From a virus (lineage: Duplodnaviria > Caudoviricetes): DNA of 64,000 nucleotides. Positions 20,433-31,027 of this stretch are shown piece by piece. The stretch spans positions 1 through 64,000 of IMG/VR virus record IMGVR_UViG_3300028242_000036, one strand, 5' to 3'. The position numbers were made by a program, and so were the translations under genes. A model generated the notes under the pieces. That model did no database searches, was not told the DNA's origin, and saw only the letters and a list, made by a program, of their open reading frames with translations. Each line of letters begins with the position of its first letter. The first letter of the stretch is position 1.

Positions 20433-23400
20433 TCTGAAAGTATCTGTTCATCCTCATCGGTCTTTTTCCATTCTCCACCGATGCACTTGGTTTTCTTTTG
20501 TGTTTTCCATTTAACCACTTTAACTATATCAAAAAGACCAAACGGAGCAACTGCAAAGAAATCTCTATCTTTTACTTTTGTCTTAATATATTCTCCTGTA
20601 TTTACATTATAAAGGGTCAAATAAGGCTTTAATTTATCCTTAAAGGTTTTATATTCTGTCACTATGAAAAAGCTCTTAGGGGCTTTTTTGTAAAGAGATA
20701 TGGGGTTTCCTAAGTGTTCTATTTCATACTTCATTTGTTCTTTGATTGATAATGCTTTGTTGGGTATCATTTCGGATATTTCAGCTATATATCCAATCAT
20801 ATCTAAATCTTTATACATTTTTGCTGTTTTAGATTTAGCATACTTTTGGAATATCTCTTCATTAATATTAAGTGTTTCCAAATCGGCAAACTTAATCTGT
20901 TTTCTACTTGCTAAATTATCATATAACTTATATATTGACAGTAGTTTTTTATTGTTCCCAAAGTCAGAAAAGAAATTCAAACTGATAAGAATTTCTATCT
21001 GTCTGCTATCACAAGAGGTTTTTGTTACAATATCATCTAATAATTCAATAAAGGAGTTATATGTATTGTTTTGAGCTAAATCATAAAGTTCTTTTGCTAT
21101 TTGTGCATTAAGATATTTTATAGATTTAATACCCTGATAAATAGAATTTGTTTTTTTATCCATAAAATACACATCAACGGATTTGCCAAACTTAATAGGA
21201 TTAATTTCAATACCTTGTTTTTCAATATAGGTTTTAATCTTATTGCTCTTTCCTTCATCTTCTTGATAAACATTCAAAGCAACTGTTAAAAACTCTAATG
21301 GATAATAATATCTTAAATATCCACACATATATCCTAAGAATGAATAGGGAACAGCGTGGTTATTAGAAAAAAGATAAGAGCTTGCATCAACAATAACTTG
21401 AATGAATGATTCGATTAAGCGTTCACTTTCCTCAGTTGAAATGCTATATTCTTTTTGCATAGTTTCCGTAAAACCATTTTTGATTTTAGGAATAAATTGT
21501 TCTGTACCTGTTTTCTTGGCAAAACCTCGTCTAACAATGTCTGCTTGCCCCATAGTATAACCACAGAATGAGTGCAGAAATTCAATGATTTGTTCTTGAT
21601 AAACTAAGTAACCAAGTGTAGGTGCTAAGAAATTATTTAATGCTTCGTGTCCGTTGTCTCTATATATACCCTTTGCAAGCTCTTCACGATAAGAAGCACC
21701 AGCAGGTCTAATAGCACCGTTAGCCATTGACATTAAATCTATATAAGAGAAATTGGGGTTAACTTTTTTGATATTTGATATTGTTGTTTCGCTAAATAGT
21801 TCTTTTAAGTAACCACCTGCACTATCAGATTCAAACTGAAAGATAGCAGTGTTATCATCTCTGATACTATTCCACACTTTCATATCAGTTAAATCAACAT
21901 TGTCAGGAGTAAGTCTTTCAATACCAACCAAATCACAGGTATCATTGATAAGTCCAACACAGTCTAATCCTAATACATCTAACTTAACAAAATTAAGAGA
22001 GTCAATTTCTTTCATATTAATTTGAGAGATAGGATTTTCGTTTTCTGAAGTAGTACAAGTACCAAAGAAGGGTTCAATGGGGAATGGGCTTACAACCAAT
22101 CCCGCAGGGTGATTACCGATAGATACGATAACACCTTGTACTATATCAACATACTCAAAAAGTTTAGGATATTGTTTACGATATTTTTCATCAATTTTAA
22201 ATTGTTTATTTTCATCTACAAATACTTCGTTGCTTAATTCCTGTGTTTCGACAGGTGACATATCTAATGCTCTACCAACATCTTTTATAGCACCCTTCAT
22301 AGCAATGGTATTAAATGTAATAATATCACAACAATATAATCCTTCTTTGTTGTATAAGTATTTTCTTACTTCGCCTCTATCCCTCTTAAACCAGTCAGTA
22401 TCAATATCAGCAAGACTAACACGCTCTTTATTCATAAAACGCTCAAAGTTAAGATTATATTTAATACTATCTACCTCGGTGATACCAAGTAAATAAGCAA
22501 TAACACTACCTGATACACTACCTCTTGAATATCCAAACGGTATACCATTTTTTCTTAAAGCAGTTTTATAGTCCTCTTCAAGTAACATAAAGTCGATTGC
22601 TTCATTGTATTTATATGTATCATACTCATATAAAATTCTATCCCGATATTCTTTAAAGTTGGGCTTCTTGTCTATGCCACGCCATTTAATCCCTTTTGCA
22701 ATCTTTTCTTTAAAAGCCTTTTCTGAATCATCATATAATTTAGGATATTTCTTTGTGCTATCAATAGTATACTCTTCTACCATATTAGCCATTCTGTTGG
22801 TATTTTCAATAGCCTCTAAATAAACTTCTCGTGGTAAAACACCTTGTTGCTCATATGCCTGAACTAATTCGTCATAGGTTTTAAAGGTCATATCCCAACC
22901 ATCTTCGTTATCAAAAGAAGTATTTTTTGATTTCTGTAAAATAGCTCTACCCTTTGCATATGTCTCATCCAATGAGTGAGTATCTGTTCCTGCAATAAGG
23001 GGGATACCGTAAGTACGGTTGTAACCCCATAAATATAGGTTGTATCTTGCTTGTTCCATTGTGTTGTGATGTTGTACTTCAAGAAAACACCTATGTTTGT
23101 TAGCAATTACCCATTGTAAAAAGTCATTTTCTAATTCTTCATCATTAGAATTTAAAAGACCACCAAGACAAGCTGTAGTAATAATAATATTATCGCTTGT
23201 ATTTTTTAATTCTTCATAAGTTATTCTTGGATTGAAATAAAAATGACCATCTTCACGATTAAATGATTTTGAAGTCAGTTCATTTAATTCTTTAAAACCC
23301 TCATAGTTTTTAGCAATTAAAACACAGTGGTAATTATCACGAACTTTAATTGGCTCATTATTTTCATCTATTTCAATAGCTTTAGTAATATAAAACTCAC

Positions 23401-23611
23401 AAGCGTGAATATATTTCATTCCTGCTTTTTCAATGTCACACTTTTTATGATACCATTCAAAACAGTTGCCGTGTTCGCTAAAAGCCAAAGCTTTCATACC
23501 ACATTCTTTGGCTTTAGCGATATACATTTTGTACTTAGTAACACTATCCATTATAGTAGTAGCATTAGACAGGTCTGAATGTAAATGGTATACTACATAA
23601 TTATCTGTCAT
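20417..23611 (-). CDS. dnaE: DNA polymerase III alpha subunit
   Basis: PHP domain HLHSD, GRGS-like SRGSVSG, ADIDTD, KLDVLGL, YQEQ. Confidence 0.95.
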   Translation of the reverse strand: MTDNYVVYHLHSDLSNATTIMDSVTKYKMYIAKAKECGMKALAFSEHGNCFEWYHKKCDIEKAGMKYIHACEFYITKAIEIDENNEPIKVRDNYHCVLIAKNYEGFKELNELTSKSFNREDGHFYFNPRITYEELKNTSDNIIITTACLGGLLNSNDEELENDFLQWVIANKHRCFLEVQHHNTMEQARYNLYLWGYNRTYGIPLIAGTDTHSLDETYAKGRAILQKSKNTSFDNEDGWDMTFKTYDELVQAYEQQGVLPREVYLEAIENTNRMANMVEEYTIDSTKKYPKLYDDSEKAFKEKIAKGIKWRGIDKKPNFKEYRDRILYEYDTYKYNEAIDFMLLEEDYKTALRKNGIPFGYSRGSVSGSVIAYLLGITEVDSIKYNLNFERFMNKERVSLADIDTDWFKRDRGEVRKYLYNKEGLYCCDIITFNTIAMKGAIKDVGRALDMSPVETQELSNEVFVDENKQFKIDEKYRKQYPKLFEYVDIVQGVIVSIGNHPAGLVVSPFPIEPFFGTCTTSENENPISQINMKEIDSLNFVKLDVLGLDCVGLINDTCDLVGIERLTPDNVDLTDMKVWNSIRDDNTAIFQFESDSAGGYLKELFSETTISNIKKVNPNFSYIDLMSMANGAIRPAGASYREELAKGIYRDNGHEALNNFLAPTLGYLVYQEQIIEFLHSFCGYTMGQADIVRRGFAKKTGTEQFIPKIKNGFTETMQKEYSISTEESERLIESFIQVIVDASSYLFSNNHAVPYSFLGYMCGYLRYYYPLEFLTVALNVYQEDEGKSNKIKTYIEKQGIEINPIKFGKSVDVYFMDKKTNSIYQGIKSIKYLNAQIAKELYDLAQNNTYNSFIELLDDIVTKTSCDSRQIEILISLNFFSDFGNNKKLLSIYKLYDNLASRKQIKFADLETLNINEEIFQKYAKSKTAKMYKDLDMIGYIAEISEMIPNKALSIKEQMKYEIEHLGNPISLYKKAPKSFFIVTEYKTFKDKLKPYLTLYNVNTGEYIKTKVKDRDFFAVAPFGLFDIVKVVKWKTQKKTKCIGGEWKKTDEDEQILSEWEVY

Positions 23612-23826
23612 TTATATCCTATCTCCTTAAAATCAGGTTTTAAACTTGTCTTTATCTTTTGAACAGTATAATCCGATAAAACTTTATACAAGGTATATTT
23701 TGTTCTTTGTTTATCGTATGTAGCTGTATACTGTGGAATATGTTCTTCGTTACAATGTGTATGTAATATAGTTTGACCTTTGGGGATTTTGATTTTTAAT
23801 ATATGTTCAAATTCAACATTATTCAT
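23608..23826 (-). CDS. Hypothetical protein
   Basis: ORF track; coupled to groEL and dnaE. Confidence 0.5.
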   Translation of the reverse strand: MNNVEFEHILKIKIPKGQTILHTHCNEEHIPQYTATYDKQRTKYTLYKVLSDYTVQKIKTSLKPDFKEIGYK

Positions 23827-25442
23827 TACATCACCTGATTGTTCATTTGTAACTTTGCTACCTCTTCCTTATCATCTGCAATTAATACCTCAGTAGTAAG
23901 CACCAAAACTGCAATAGATAAAGCATTTTGTAATGCACTTCTTGTTACTTTTGCAGGGTCAATAATACCCTTTTCAAACATATCAACATACTGTTCACTA
24001 TAAACATCAAAACCATAGTTTGTTTTGCCCATACGCTCAATTTCATTTATAATTACAGAACCTTCAAGACCTGCATTTTCCACAATTCTTCTAATGGGAT
24101 ACTGAATTGCTCTTGATACAATTTCAACACCCACCTTTTCATCCCCTGTCAGGTTTTCAAATTCAGCTTCTAAGGCGTTTTTAGCATTAAGTAATGTAAC
24201 ACCACCACCTGCTACAACACCCTCTTCTACGGCTGATTTTGTGGCAGATAAAGCATCTTCTAATCTTAACTTCTTATCTTTCATTTCGGCTTCGGTGTTT
24301 GCTCCAACCTTAATTACACCAACACCATTTGAAAGCTTTGCAAGTCTTTCCTGAAGCTTTTCTTTATCATAACTATCGGTTGTGATATTAAGTTGAGATT
24401 TAATATGATTAACTCTACTTGCAATCATCTCAGGATGACCACAACCATCAATAATCGTGGTAATTTCTTTGCCAACCTTAACCTGCTTGGCTTCACCAAG
24501 GACTTCCATACCAACCTTTTTAAGTTCCATTCCTATCTTTGAGTTTACAAATGTACCATTAGTAACAATAGCAATATCTTCAAGAAGGTTGTCTCTATTT
24601 TCACCAAATGCAGGAGCTTTGACACATACTATCTTTAATGCACCACGCAGTTTATTAGTAACTAATGTTGCAAGTACATCGTTATTAATTTCATCAGAAA
24701 TAACGAGCAAAGCTCTACCTTCTTTATTAACGGTATCTAAGATTGGGTAAATATCTTGAATGTTAGTAATTTGCTGATTGGTAATTAAAATATAAGGCTT
24801 ATCTAAAATTGCCTCCATTTTTTCCATATCGGTTGCCATATAAGGTGTAACATAACCTCTGTTAAAGCTTAATCCCTCAACAATCTCATATGTGGTTTCA
24901 CCTGTCTGAGATTCTTCTACACTAATCGTTCCATCATTACCAATTTTACCCATAACCTCGGCAATAATATTACCAAACTCAGGGCTTCTTGAAGAAACTG
25001 TTGCAATTCTTGCAATATCATTTGTTCCTGAAATGGGCTGTGCATTTTCGGCAATATATTCAACAATCTTATCAACCGCTTTCTGCATACCCTTTTTAAT
25101 AAACACAGGATTTGCTCCTGCTGTAATATTCTTTAAACCTTCGTTAACCAATGCTTGTGCTAACACAATGGCAGTTGTTGTACCGTCACCTGCAACTGAA
25201 TTGGTAGTAGATGAGGTTTCGGTCACAAGTTTAGCACCCATATTTTCAAATTCATCTGCAAGCTCAATATCTCTTGCAATGGTAACACCGTCATTTGTAA
25301 TAAGAGGTGAATCAAACTGCTTGTCTATAGCAACATTTCTACCCTTTGCTCCCAATGTAATCTTTACACAGTCAGCAACGGTATCTATGCCTCTTTTTAA
25401 AGCATTTTTTGCTTCTGTGCCATAAAGTATTTTCTTAACCAT
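23826..25442 (-). CDS. groEL: Chaperonin GroEL
   Basis: TNDGVTIA, GDGTTTA, KAPAFGENR, ERLAKL, GIIDPAKV; no GGM tail. Confidence 0.97.
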   Translation of the reverse strand: MVKKILYGTEAKNALKRGIDTVADCVKITLGAKGRNVAIDKQFDSPLITNDGVTIARDIELADEFENMGAKLVTETSSTTNSVAGDGTTTAIVLAQALVNEGLKNITAGANPVFIKKGMQKAVDKIVEYIAENAQPISGTNDIARIATVSSRSPEFGNIIAEVMGKIGNDGTISVEESQTGETTYEIVEGLSFNRGYVTPYMATDMEKMEAILDKPYILITNQQITNIQDIYPILDTVNKEGRALLVISDEINNDVLATLVTNKLRGALKIVCVKAPAFGENRDNLLEDIAIVTNGTFVNSKIGMELKKVGMEVLGEAKQVKVGKEITTIIDGCGHPEMIASRVNHIKSQLNITTDSYDKEKLQERLAKLSNGVGVIKVGANTEAEMKDKKLRLEDALSATKSAVEEGVVAGGGVTLLNAKNALEAEFENLTGDEKVGVEIVSRAIQYPIRRIVENAGLEGSVIINEIERMGKTNYGFDVYSEQYVDMFEKGIIDPAKVTRSALQNALSIAVLVLTTEVLIADDKEEVAKLQMNNQVM

Positions 25443-25707
25443 TATTTTCTTCTCCTTCTTCCAAATCAATTCGTGCAATTATATTATCGAGGTCTACCGC
25501 AATATATGTTTTACCATTGACAACACATTCTACTGCTTTTTCTTTGTTATATACAAGAATGTCATCTGTATAAATATAATCTTGCGGTGATGATATAACC
25601 TTTAAAACATTATCTGTCTCTTTAGTGTTTACAATTAAACCATTATGTTGTTCATTAAATTTATAAGGTTCACCAACAACCCATTCATCGTGTGCATATA
25701 TTCTCAT
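25435..25707 (-). CDS. groES: Divergent co-chaperonin GroES
   Basis: 90 aa directly upstream of groEL; VVNGKTYIAVDLDNIIARI resembles the GroES C-terminus. Confidence 0.7.
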   Translation of the reverse strand: MRIYAHDEWVVGEPYKFNEQHNGLIVNTKETDNVLKVISSPQDYIYTDDILVYNKEKAVECVVNGKTYIAVDLDNIIARIDLEEGEENNG

Positions 25708-25739
25708 CTTGCTTCATCTCCTTTAAAATTTATTTTTAA

Positions 25740-26921
25740 TTACATTAATCCTAAATCTGCCAAATCTTTCATCCATTCCTCATCATCTGTATCGTCTGTT
25801 TTATTTAAAAACATTTCTCTATTTTCAAGATACTCTGCATAAGGTTTATGAATGTTGGCTGAATAATCACTAAGATTTGCCATAAAGAATGATTGACTGT
25901 CGGTAACTTCTTGCCACCAAACTCTTTCAGCTTCTTCTTTGTCGGTATATTTAAGACTGTCATATTCTTCTGTTTTAGCTTTAATCTCATTTATTGTTTC
26001 AATAATATTATTTTTTAATTCTGTAATATCATCTTCTGTAAAGTCAATTTCAACATAACAATCATCAACAATAAACTTATCCTTAACATCATCAGGCAGA
26101 TACTTTAATGTGTTTTCTGCAATACATCTTTCAAGCTCGTCACCATTAACAGTGTATTTAGATTCTTTTAGCCACATATTGATGCTTGCACTCAGTTTTT
26201 CAACATAATTATTTCTTTCTAAAGTTCTAACCTTAGTTTTATGTTTTTTGGTTTCTTTATCAATAGCCTTTTGTGTTACGGTGACATTGACATATTTAAG
26301 GAAATTCCATCTTGCAACTATCTGTTCATAAGGAACACCTCTTTGATGTATACCTTCAATATAAATTAAGAGCTGACCCTTTTCGTGTTCATATTTATCG
26401 CCTTTATACATTGAACTACTTTTCCAGTCAGTAATAATTACTTTGTTAATCTCGTTTCTTTCCTCAATATGAAAAGCATCTATATAACCCTGAAAATATG
26501 TATCACCAATAACACTACCAATAAATTCTTCAAGCTTAATCTTATGAGGAATCTTATTATGATTTAAAAGGAAATGTCTAATACAATCCTCATATTTATC
26601 ACCAACAGACTTATTCTTTTCTTCGTCTGAACGGTCATATTTTAAACCGTTCATTGTATTTTCAAAGAGTCGTTCTTCGTATCTATCAAGCATACCCTGA
26701 TGATTAAGTTCACCCTTGTAAAATGCTTCAATACATTCGTGAATATCTCCACCGCTTTTAGCATAGATACCGTCAAATCTATCAGGTGGAATCTTAGCAA
26801 TATATTTAAGATAATATGTATATGTATCATCTAAGTAAGTTTTATATTTAGACCAAGAAAAAATTTGATTACAATTATTTTGCTTGGCTAATTCTTGGAT
26901 TTCACTATATTCTTTTCTCAT
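25740..26921 (-). CDS. PD-(D/E)XK nuclease (RecB/Cas4-like)
   Basis: FSWSK, FQGYIDA...ITDWKSS, GQLLIY. Confidence 0.8.
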   Translation of the reverse strand: MRKEYSEIQELAKQNNCNQIFSWSKYKTYLDDTYTYYLKYIAKIPPDRFDGIYAKSGGDIHECIEAFYKGELNHQGMLDRYEERLFENTMNGLKYDRSDEEKNKSVGDKYEDCIRHFLLNHNKIPHKIKLEEFIGSVIGDTYFQGYIDAFHIEERNEINKVIITDWKSSSMYKGDKYEHEKGQLLIYIEGIHQRGVPYEQIVARWNFLKYVNVTVTQKAIDKETKKHKTKVRTLERNNYVEKLSASINMWLKESKYTVNGDELERCIAENTLKYLPDDVKDKFIVDDCYVEIDFTEDDITELKNNIIETINEIKAKTEEYDSLKYTDKEEAERVWWQEVTDSQSFFMANLSDYSANIHKPYAEYLENREMFLNKTDDTDDEEWMKDLADLGLM

Positions 26922-26933
26922 TTCTTTACCACC

Positions 26934-27209
26934 TTATGCACTCATTTCTCTTTTTGCCTTTTCCAAGCCACTACGAGCCTTAATCATCTGATGTATTCTT
27001 GAATTAAAACTTGCTATTGTATGGTCAAGGTCGGTAGGATTTAAGGCAAGATAATAACCGTGGCTATCACTCGCAATCGCAGTTCCATCAGTTCTTAATT
27101 GATTGACTTGTTTTCTTACCTCTGCACCTGAGATACCCAATTTCTGAGAAAGCTCGGCAGAAGTGATACGATTTTCGTTTCCAATGGGGATAAGTTCAAT
27201 TAATGTCAT
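26934..27209 (-). CDS. Winged HTH DNA-binding protein
   Basis: ITSAELSQKLGISGAEVRKQVNQLR...GYYL. Confidence 0.75.
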   Translation of the reverse strand: MTLIELIPIGNENRITSAELSQKLGISGAEVRKQVNQLRTDGTAIASDSHGYYLALNPTDLDHTIASFNSRIHQMIKARSGLEKAKREMSA

Positions 27210-27251
27210 AATATCAATTCTCCTTTAAAATTTAATTTTAATAATATTATT

Positions 27252-27458
27252 TTATTCGTTTATGTCAAGATAGAAAAATTCTGTGTGACTTCCTACATCA
27301 TATTTCTTACGACCATTTACCATCCAACTTCTTGTATAATATGATTTAAAATTATGCTCATCGAGAAACTTATGAATTTCCTTAAAAGCCTCTTCTTCAT
27401 TAGCTACTTCGGCTATAACTCTCTCCTCACCATAAGAATTTTCAAAATATAACTTCAT
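27252..27458 (-). CDS. Hypothetical protein
   Basis: ORF track; YDVGSHTEFF. Confidence 0.6.
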   Translation of the reverse strand: MKLYFENSYGEERVIAEVANEEEAFKEIHKFLDEHNFKSYYTRSWMVNGRKKYDVGSHTEFFYLDINE

Positions 27459-27467
27459 AATAACACC

Positions 27468-27809
27468 TCATTCTATAAAAACTATCATTTCTTCTTTAAC
27501 ATCATTTTCAATTTTCGGTGGAGTACCATCGGAATAAACAGTAATACGAGTACAGTCTTTTGTTTTTGTCCCATACGCTTGAACTACACCAAAATCTAAA
27601 TGTTTAGCTACTACAAAAGGATAACCCATATAAAAAGGTCTTGTTTCAAATCGTTTGAGTGTAATGTTGTGTGGATAAGCCTGTGCTTCTATGATTTGTA
27701 ATGTTTCATAATTTACAAGAAGTTTGATATTGTCTAAATCAGCCATTTCAGCTCTTTTAATTAATTTTTGCAACTTATCTTCATTGATTTTAGTTTCGAT
27801 AATATTCAT
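27468..27809 (-). CDS. Hypothetical protein
   Basis: ORF track. Confidence 0.5.
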   Translation of the reverse strand: MNIIETKINEDKLQKLIKRAEMADLDNIKLLVNYETLQIIEAQAYPHNITLKRFETRPFYMGYPFVVAKHLDFGVVQAYGTKTKDCTRITVYSDGTPPKIENDVKEEMIVFIE

Positions 27810-28409
27810 TTAATATTCCACCTTTTCAAATTTTACTTCAAGAAATTTACGACTTGCAAGATAATCACACATATGCACAAACTTTTGCATATTGGTTTCG
27901 GGCTTGTCTAAAACCTCTTCTCCTATTTTATAATCCTTATTAAATTCACCCATATGCGTAGCAATACATTTACAAATCAACTGTATAGTAGTAATCATAT
28001 CATCCCAAGGGTTTAAATCTTTCTTAGTAATAAAATCATTAATAAAATCTACCATTTCAATCGGATGAGTTGACACTGTGTATTTGCTACCATTAAGACC
28101 GTGTTTAACACCATCGTGTAAAAGCAGAGCAGTCAATATAATGTCTCGTTCTTCTTCGCTATATTCACTCTGATACTGTTCAAGGTCAAGCAGTGTTTTA
28201 GCAATAAGCACAGCAGACTTTGTATGTCTTACAAGACCACCCTCACCCAATGAATATTCAGGATGATACTTACCTGTACTACTTGCAGGGACTACAAAGA
28301 AATAATCGGGAAGTTCAGCAATCATACATACTGCAAACTTTCTAATCTCCTTATTGTTAATCCATTTTAATTCATTTTGAAATGTTAATACTTTTTCTTT
28401 CTTGTCCAT
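27810..28409 (-). CDS. HD-domain phosphohydrolase
   Basis: SSTGKYHP...GLVRHT, LLLHDGVK, ATHMG, HMCDYLAS. Confidence 0.85.
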   Translation of the reverse strand: MDKKEKVLTFQNELKWINNKEIRKFAVCMIAELPDYFFVVPASSTGKYHPEYSLGEGGLVRHTKSAVLIAKTLLDLEQYQSEYSEEERDIILTALLLHDGVKHGLNGSKYTVSTHPIEMVDFINDFITKKDLNPWDDMITTIQLICKCIATHMGEFNKDYKIGEEVLDKPETNMQKFVHMCDYLASRKFLEVKFEKVEY

Positions 28410-28420
28410 TTTTGCACTCC

Positions 28421-28723
28421 TTAATCTTCGATTGTAATAGTTGCACTTAATATGTCTAAACCATACGGTGCTAATATGCTTTGTAAAACATAGTCCATTT
28501 CATCAACCAAAATTCCCTTATATCCCTGAGATTTAACTTTGTGATTAGCTATATCGTGTATAGTAATGGGTTCAGGTATGTTAATGTTAAGCTTATGAGC
28601 CATTTGTGTTATACCGTATTTCATTCCTGCATTAGCACATAAAATTGGTGCATTATGATATTCACTTGCGTATAACATACGAGTTGTTTTACCTGCCTGT
28701 CTTGGCAAATTAAAAATTTTCAT
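28421..28723 (-). CDS. Small P-loop NTPase-like protein
   Basis: PRQAGKTT (Walker A) and ILVDEMD (Walker B) in only 100 aa. Confidence 0.6.
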   Translation of the reverse strand: MKIFNLPRQAGKTTRMLYASEYHNAPILCANAGMKYGITQMAHKLNINIPEPITIHDIANHKVKSQGYKGILVDEMDYVLQSILAPYGLDILSATITIED

Positions 28724-28724
28724 A

Positions 28725-28982
28725 TTATCCCTCGTTTCTCATTATCAAAGGTGCTTTATCACCACCGTAGGGTAATGCTCTAAAAGTATTGTATTCTACC
28801 CAATCAATAGCCTCTTCTTCAGTCCAACCCTCATCAGCCATAAGCTCTTGCACCATCTTATCAAAATCATATATTGCTCTACCGTCAAAGGTAGTGCCAA
28901 TAATTGAATTGTCATAAGCCTGATTAATAAAAATGACTGCATCAGGTGGAAGTTTGCTTCTTATTTCTTGATTAACTGACAT
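28725..28982 (-). CDS. Hypothetical protein
   Basis: ORF track. Confidence 0.55.
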   Translation of the reverse strand: MSVNQEIRSKLPPDAVIFINQAYDNSIIGTTFDGRAIYDFDKMVQELMADEGWTEEEAIDWVEYNTFRALPYGGDKAPLIMRNEG

Positions 28983-29002
28983 CTTTATTTTCCTTTCAAA
29001 TG

Positions 29003-30112
29003 TTATTTTTTAAATAAATATATACCCTCTTGTTTTTTAAAAGTATTATCATTATGCCCCTGCCCTCTTCTTGTTTGCAGTTTCATTGGAATCTCTTTAA
29101 CAAATGTAAAACCTGTATTAAGACTAATATCAATCCACTGATTAACAAACTCTATGTTTTTATTACCAAGTTTGAAATCGGCAATATTAACCGCATAATA
29201 TCTATCGGGTTTAAGCATATAATAAATATTTTCTATAGTAGGTTGTACATAACCAAGAAACCATTTGTCTAATTCGGGAAATTTGTTATAACACTGAGTA
29301 TTCTCGTTAGAATATTTTTCTAAATTAAAATACGGAGGGCTACTAAAAGCAAAGTCTATGGTATTTGCTTTAAGTCGTAAATCTTCACTACCTTTACAAG
29401 CAATTTTAAAGATATTTTCTCTATGTGTTGTTTGCTCTATGTATTTACCTAATCTATTTAAATTATTAAAAGTTTCAATACAAGGCTCTACACCAATATA
29501 TTTATAGTTGTTTTCACTTGTTAATGCTCCAAGCATACGCCCACCAAAGCCACAAGAATAATCATAAATAATACCATTAGCAGGACAATATTTTTCATAT
29601 AAAGCTTTTGCTTTCATTGGTGAAAAGTTAGTAGCCACATTGCCGCCTAACATTTCCAACCCATCTTTAATAGCAGTAGGCACAACAGGATGGGCTACAG
29701 ATTTATGGTCGAGGCAAAACTTAATAGCTCGATATAATTTATGGTCATCATAAAATTTATAATACGGAGAGTTATTTTTAACACCCTTACATTCCACTTC
29801 ATATAAGTTTGGGAATATAAATCTACATAAGCTTGCTCCTTGATTAAATTTAATATTTAAAATATCTCCATCCCATTCAATCTTTTTATTTACACACGAT
29901 TGAATTTCTGTTTTTATACCTTCATCGTTATAATATGTAATAGGAAAGATGTTCTTAGCTCTATAAATATTAAAAACTTCTTGTATAATTTCTTCTTGCC
30001 TTTGAGGGGTTGACTTTATATATTCTTCTTTGGTGTATGATTTTAATTTATCAAGTACATCTTCATAACCACTCGATGCACTTAGTTCACTTTGATAATT
30101 CCAATCTATCAT
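29003..30112 (-). CDS. Amino-DNA methyltransferase (SPPY, likely m4C)
   Basis: DYSCGFGGR SAM-binding motif followed by FSSPPYF. Confidence 0.85.
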   Translation of the reverse strand: MIDWNYQSELSASSGYEDVLDKLKSYTKEEYIKSTPQRQEEIIQEVFNIYRAKNIFPITYYNDEGIKTEIQSCVNKKIEWDGDILNIKFNQGASLCRFIFPNLYEVECKGVKNNSPYYKFYDDHKLYRAIKFCLDHKSVAHPVVPTAIKDGLEMLGGNVATNFSPMKAKALYEKYCPANGIIYDYSCGFGGRMLGALTSENNYKYIGVEPCIETFNNLNRLGKYIEQTTHRENIFKIACKGSEDLRLKANTIDFAFSSPPYFNLEKYSNENTQCYNKFPELDKWFLGYVQPTIENIYYMLKPDRYYAVNIADFKLGNKNIEFVNQWIDISLNTGFTFVKEIPMKLQTRRGQGHNDNTFKKQEGIYLFKK

Positions 30113-30169
30113 TTGTTACATTTGTTACCTTTCACAGAATTAATAATATTATTTTGTTTATTTGTAAAA

Positions 30170-31027
30170 TTATTTTTTATATCTACTACTAATAATTTTG
30201 GGAACAGCACTATTCCAATCTACCCTGTGATGTATTCTTGTATTAACTGTATCCATACCAAAAATTTTAACAAACGATGGGTTGGTCATAACACTATAAA
30301 AAGACTTTATATATGTTCCATTATCTAAATACTCATCGGTCATTCCACCTTTTGTAGTTTGGGTATTCTTTTGTCTTAATGATATATCTCTAATGGTCAT
30401 AAATAATTTGCCTTGACTACCCAATGTGCAATATGTATTTACATCTTCATTGATACTTCCAATAAACTTAAAAGGTTTTTCGGTTGTGCAGAAAAATGAG
30501 TTCATTGCTTTTCTTTTAATTTTTGCTTTAGCTAAAGATGAATCTTTCCCACCGATAAAGTCTCCACCCTGTCCAAAAGCAATAGTGTATGCCTTTGACT
30601 CATCTAAAAAGTCAATCATAATATCTACCAATTCATCAAATTCTTTGACAGGTAATACTTTGAACTTATCATCTTCTTCATAGCGGTACTCAAAACCTGT
30701 ATAATCGTCATCTAACTGTAAGAAATATTTATATCCTAATTCTTTAGCAACATCAAAACAAAAATTTCTTGCATACAATATAACTTTTCTTTTATTAAAA
30801 TTATCACAAGTATCAGTTAATTTTGCTTGTTCTTCTTTATTAAAAATTATGATTTTATCTTTGCCATACTTATTAATATATTCGTCAATGGTAGGGTCAT
30901 CATCACCCAAAATAATATAATATTTGCCTGTGTAATTACTATTTAATAAACTATTTACTGTATACATACTGTTGGCTCTCTTGTATGACAAAATAAACAC
31001 ACAAAAATCACTTCTCACCGTCAGCAT
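30170..31027 (-). CDS. GT-A glycosyltransferase, TET-associated (TAGT/GREB1-like) family
   Basis: FILSYKRA, YARN, FLQLDDDY, INEDVN. Confidence 0.7.
   Translation of the reverse strand: MLTVRSDFCVFILSYKRANSMYTVNSLLNSNYTGKYYIILGDDDPTIDEYINKYGKDKIIIFNKEEQAKLTDTCDNFNKRKVILYARNFCFDVAKELGYKYFLQLDDDYTGFEYRYEEDDKFKVLPVKEFDELVDIMIDFLDESKAYTIAFGQGGDFIGGKDSSLAKAKIKRKAMNSFFCTTEKPFKFIGSINEDVNTYCTLGSQGKLFMTIRDISLRQKNTQTTKGGMTDEYLDNGTYIKSFYSVMTNPSFVKIFGMDTVNTRIHHRVDWNSAVPKIISSRYKK

Noticed and set aside
14773-23611. Inteins or group I introns in nrdD, recD or dnaE
   Set aside because: The ORFs are continuous and of ordinary size, with no splice or homing-endonuclease motifs noticed
25740-26921. Cas4 as part of a CRISPR system
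   Set aside because: A standalone PD-(D/E)XK nuclease in the replication operon, with no cas1/cas2 or array
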